A stretch of DNA of 64,000 nucleotides, taken from positions 3,840,001 to 3,904,000 of the forward strand of contig OZ244744.1 of assembly GCA_965219455.1 (NCBI GenBank). The letters run 5' to 3'. Shown one piece after another: positions 61,077-64,000 of this stretch. Under the pieces are notes generated by a model that was not told the origin of the DNA, searched no databases, and was given only the letters and a program-made list of their open reading frames with translations. The first letter of the stretch is position 1. Every line of letters begins with the position of its first letter. A program made the translations under genes and the position numbers. The stretch is from Candidatus Latescibacterota bacterium (GTDB taxonomy: Bacteria > Latescibacterota > UBA2968 > GCA-2709665).

Positions 61077-61927
61077 AGCACGTCTCCCAGCGTAAAGGCA
61101 AAAAAGACGGCGCTGATCGCGGCATTCGCGTTCATGAACGCCACGCCCAGTTTTGAAAGGTCATCCGGCTTTACCAGTGAATGCTCGTACACCATCAACC
61201 CCGCCACCACGACCAGTCCTGCCGTGTAGATGGTCCCCAACCCGAAACTCACACCCACCGCGGCCATCAGCAGAAAGGAAACGGCGTGCAAAATTCGTGC
61301 GATGGCCAGCCCCCGACGCACGCCGAAGCGTTGCGGTATCGAATAAATCCCGTGGGCGCGGTCGAACGCCACGTCCTGGGAGGCATAGATGATATCGAAT
61401 CCGGAAACCCAGGCCAATACCGCCCCGGCCAGGAGCAGGATCTCCGCATCCAGACGTCCGGTAATCGCGATCCATGCGCCAATGGGCGCAACCGACAGCG
61501 CGAGTCCGAGAAATAACTGTGTGGCCCACGTAAACCGCTTGGTGTACGAATAGAGGAATACAATACCCAGGGCCACCGGCGATAGCGCGAAACACAGCGG
61601 GTTCAGTCGCCAGGCCGCCAGAACCAGCGCCGCGGAAGAAATCGCGATCAACACGCGCACGGCGCCCGGTGAGATCAGGCCACGCGGCAACTCGCGTGCC
61701 GCCGTTCTGGGATTCGCCGCGTCCACGTCGCGGTCTACCAGCCGGTTGAACCCCATTGCGGCGCTCCTGGCGCCGACCATCGCCACGGCGATCCAGAACA
61801 CCTGCGACAGCCTTATGTCCACCGCCAGCGCCGCCAGTGCCGCGCCACTGAAAGCGAACGGAAGGGCGAAGACGCTGTGCGAAAACTTAATCATTCGCCC
61901 GTAGGTTACAATCCGTTCAACGAACAT
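61067..61927 (-). CDS. ubiA: UbiA-like polyprenyltransferase (MqnP-like)
   Basis: KFSHSVFALPFA, NRLVDRDVDAANPRT, YSYTKRF, GFDIIYASQD. Confidence 0.88.
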   Translation of the reverse strand: MFVERIVTYGRMIKFSHSVFALPFAFSGAALAALAVDIRLSQVFWIAVAMVGARSAAMGFNRLVDRDVDAANPRTAARELPRGLISPGAVRVLIAISSAALVLAAWRLNPLCFALSPVALGIVFLYSYTKRFTWATQLFLGLALSVAPIGAWIAITGRLDAEILLLAGAVLAWVSGFDIIYASQDVAFDRAHGIYSIPQRFGVRRGLAIARILHAVSFLLMAAVGVSFGLGTIYTAGLVVVAGLMVYEHSLVKPDDLSKLGVAFMNANAAISAVFFAFTLGDVLWR

Positions 61928-62261
61928 GGCGTGTCGGACCTGACCGAAACATAGCAACAAGAAAAAAGAATGTGCCATCGCGGCCCTGTCCGTGCGTCCG
62001 GACCGGCTACAATCGCGCGGTGCGTCTGACGTACCAGGGCTGCGGGAGAACAAGCGCGGAAATCTGACCGCTTCGGATTGGATTTCTAGTCACGCTCCTG
62101 GCAGCCCGTTAAAAAAGTCCATCCGGTCTGCGGCCGGCTCTTGTGGCCGAATTACTGCGTTGCGCTCCCTTCCCGAATCCCCCGATTCGACTCGGTCGCA
62201 CGTCTTGTCTTCGGTCACAATGGCTCGGCCTCGCCTGCAGAGCGACTTTATCAACGGACTG

Positions 62262-63338
62262 CTAGCGCGGCGCGGCTTCCACGATTTCATCGATTCGCGC
62301 CACGTCGTCGTCCGTCAATTCCACGCCGGCCGCATTCACGTTGTCCTCCAGGTGCCCCATTTTCGTTACGCCGGCGATCACGGACGGCACCTGCTCGTTG
62401 GCCAGCAGCCAGGCGATGGCGAGTTGGGCCAGCGAAATGCCCTTTGACTCCGCAACTGAGAGCAGCCCTTCGACGGCCTCCAGGTAGGGTTCGGTCAGAA
62501 ACTCGGCTTCGTCGCCGTCGTCAATGATCCGTCCACTGGCCTCCTGCAGCTTTCCCTTGCGGTACCGGCCTGTGAGGAGACCGCTCGCGAGCGGGTAATA
62601 GGGAATCACCCCCACGCCCGCCTTGGCCGCCGCCTTCAGGACATCCGACGCCCTGCCGCCTTCCTCGACCGCCAGCGCATCCTGCTGTACAAGATTGTAC
62701 CGGTTCTGCACGGCCACGATCCGCCGGGACACGTCCTTGCTCACCTTATCCAGGGCCGCGACCACGTTGGCCATCTGCTTCGCCGAGTGATTGGATACCG
62801 CCAGGTAACGTACTTTTCCCTGCGAGACCAGATCGTCGAACGCGCCCCAGGTTTCCTCAATTGGAACCCGGTAGTTCCCCTCGTCGTCGGTGCCGTTCTG
62901 GTGAAGATAGAGCAGGTCGATGTAATCCGTCTGCAGCCGCTCCAGGCACTTGTCCACGCCAAAATGAATATACGTCCTGGAGGCGCCGAGTTGATTCGGC
63001 GTGAAGTCGGCCTGCATGGCGTGCTCGGCGCGCACCGGGTTGTGAATCTTGGTGGCCATGACGACCTGCTCTCTGACAGACCGCGGACGAGCGGCGAAAT
63101 AACGCCCCAGCAGGCGTTCTGAATTTCCCGATCCCAGGTTGTAGGAACATGCCGTGTCCCAGTGAAAGACCCCCAATTCCAGGGCCCGGTCCAGGACCTC
63201 GAACCCCTCGTGATCCCCTATGCGGGATCCGTCGTATACCGGATCGCCCCATTTCCACATTCCCAGCCCCACAGCGGACACGAACAGACCGGAGTTTCCG
63301 ACCCGACGGCACGGCATCCCTCTGAATTCCTCTCCCAT
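62262..63338 (-). CDS. Aldo/keto reductase
   Basis: DTACSY..GNSE, LQTDYIDLLYLH, PLASGLLTG. Confidence 0.9.
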   Translation of the reverse strand: MGEEFRGMPCRRVGNSGLFVSAVGLGMWKWGDPVYDGSRIGDHEGFEVLDRALELGVFHWDTACSYNLGSGNSERLLGRYFAARPRSVREQVVMATKIHNPVRAEHAMQADFTPNQLGASRTYIHFGVDKCLERLQTDYIDLLYLHQNGTDDEGNYRVPIEETWGAFDDLVSQGKVRYLAVSNHSAKQMANVVAALDKVSKDVSRRIVAVQNRYNLVQQDALAVEEGGRASDVLKAAAKAGVGVIPYYPLASGLLTGRYRKGKLQEASGRIIDDGDEAEFLTEPYLEAVEGLLSVAESKGISLAQLAIAWLLANEQVPSVIAGVTKMGHLEDNVNAAGVELTDDDVARIDEIVEAAPR

Positions 63339-63497
63339 ATGGCAGACCTCCAATAGTTGATGATGTCGGTACAAGACACGTCGAACGTCGCGTCCGACGA
63401 AAAACCAGAGGTACCCGCCGGGTCACGGGTCCTTTCGCAGTGCGCCTGTATGTTGAAGCCCGGGCCGACATTTCCCGATCGGGCCGAACCGAAACCG

Positions 63498-64000
63498 CTA
63501 ATGTTCCCCCATATTCGGATGCTGATTGTGCCAATCCGAGGCCTGCTCGTACGCCCGGCCGACACTCAGCAGGGTCGCTTCGTCGTAGAGGTTTCCGATC
63601 AGCGTCAGTCCCCTGGGCATCCCGTCTACGAATCCGCACTTCAATGTCAGCGCCGGATGGCCCGTCAGATTGGTAATGCTCAGACTGGCGCCGGCTTTGC
63701 CCGGTGCGAGCAACACGTCCCAATTCGTCATCAATTCCTCGAGATCCCGAATCATCAGGGAACGCACCTGTTGCGCGCGCAGATATTCCACGGCGGGGAC
63801 CATCCGGCCGCTTCGGAAAACCGTGGGCCAGGAACTGCTGTCCGCAGCGGTCATTGAATCCAGTTCGCCCGCCCGCGTCGCGCTGTCGAACGCGGCGGCC
63901 GCTTCCACGCACAGCATCATCGAGACCGCGCCGTGGGGGCACTCCGGTAACGTCACCGGCTCCACCGGCAGTCCGAGATCCGCAAACTTCCGAAACGCGG
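63498..64000 (-). CDS. Amidase family protein, C-terminal part (5'-partial)
   Basis: ITNLTGHPAL, GMPRGLTLIG, DEATLL. Confidence 0.8.
   Translation of the reverse strand, partial: AFRKFADLGLPVEPVTLPECPHGAVSMMLCVEAAAAFDSATRAGELDSMTAADSSSWPTVFRSGRMVPAVEYLRAQQVRSLMIRDLEELMTNWDVLLAPGKAGASLSITNLTGHPALTLKCGFVDGMPRGLTLIGNLYDEATLLSVGRAYEQASDWHNQHPNMGEH

Noticed and set aside
1-64000. tRNA/rRNA genes
   Set aside because: None recognised by inspection.

Overview
GC-rich bacterial genomic window. The PorV-like and FadL-like barrels and the futalosine-type UbiA/UbiX pair suggest an FCB-group organism (Latescibacterota/Gemmatimonadota-like); this is inference only. Housekeeping and envelope genes occupy ~1-13 kb and ~53.7-64 kb. 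Between them is a ~40 kb accessory/defence island: a WYL regulator, a RelE/antidote TA pair, and a non-canonical type I-C CRISPR-Cas operon (cas5-cas8-cas7-cas3-cas4-cas1-cas2) with a 13-repeat array. The most striking feature is what follows the array. It continues in spacer register into two other repeat families, B (canonical 32-bp I-C-like) and C (37-bp ...CTTCCATCAGAACAAGGATTGAAAC), in nested order A13-B-C-C-[kb-sized gene cargo]-C-B-A-A. Four more C repeats punctuate the island out to 51.7 kb, mostly at the edge of a co-oriented gene or gene fragment. Cargo includes HTTM+AsnB, two EEP nucleases, two copies of a DUF4432 gene, Nmad3, ParA, a DUF4011 helicase and a PD-(D/E)XK nuclease. This looks like an integron-like cassette array delimited by CRISPR repeats; assembly chimerism must be excluded first. 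Other observations: cas2 starts inside a degenerate repeat, a putative WYL operator recurs four times, there is a UGA-containing SelW-like selenoprotein gene missed by the ORF track, and an M6-like protease has a degenerate zinc motif. No rRNA or tRNA was recognised. All family calls are motif recognition by eye, not database searches.
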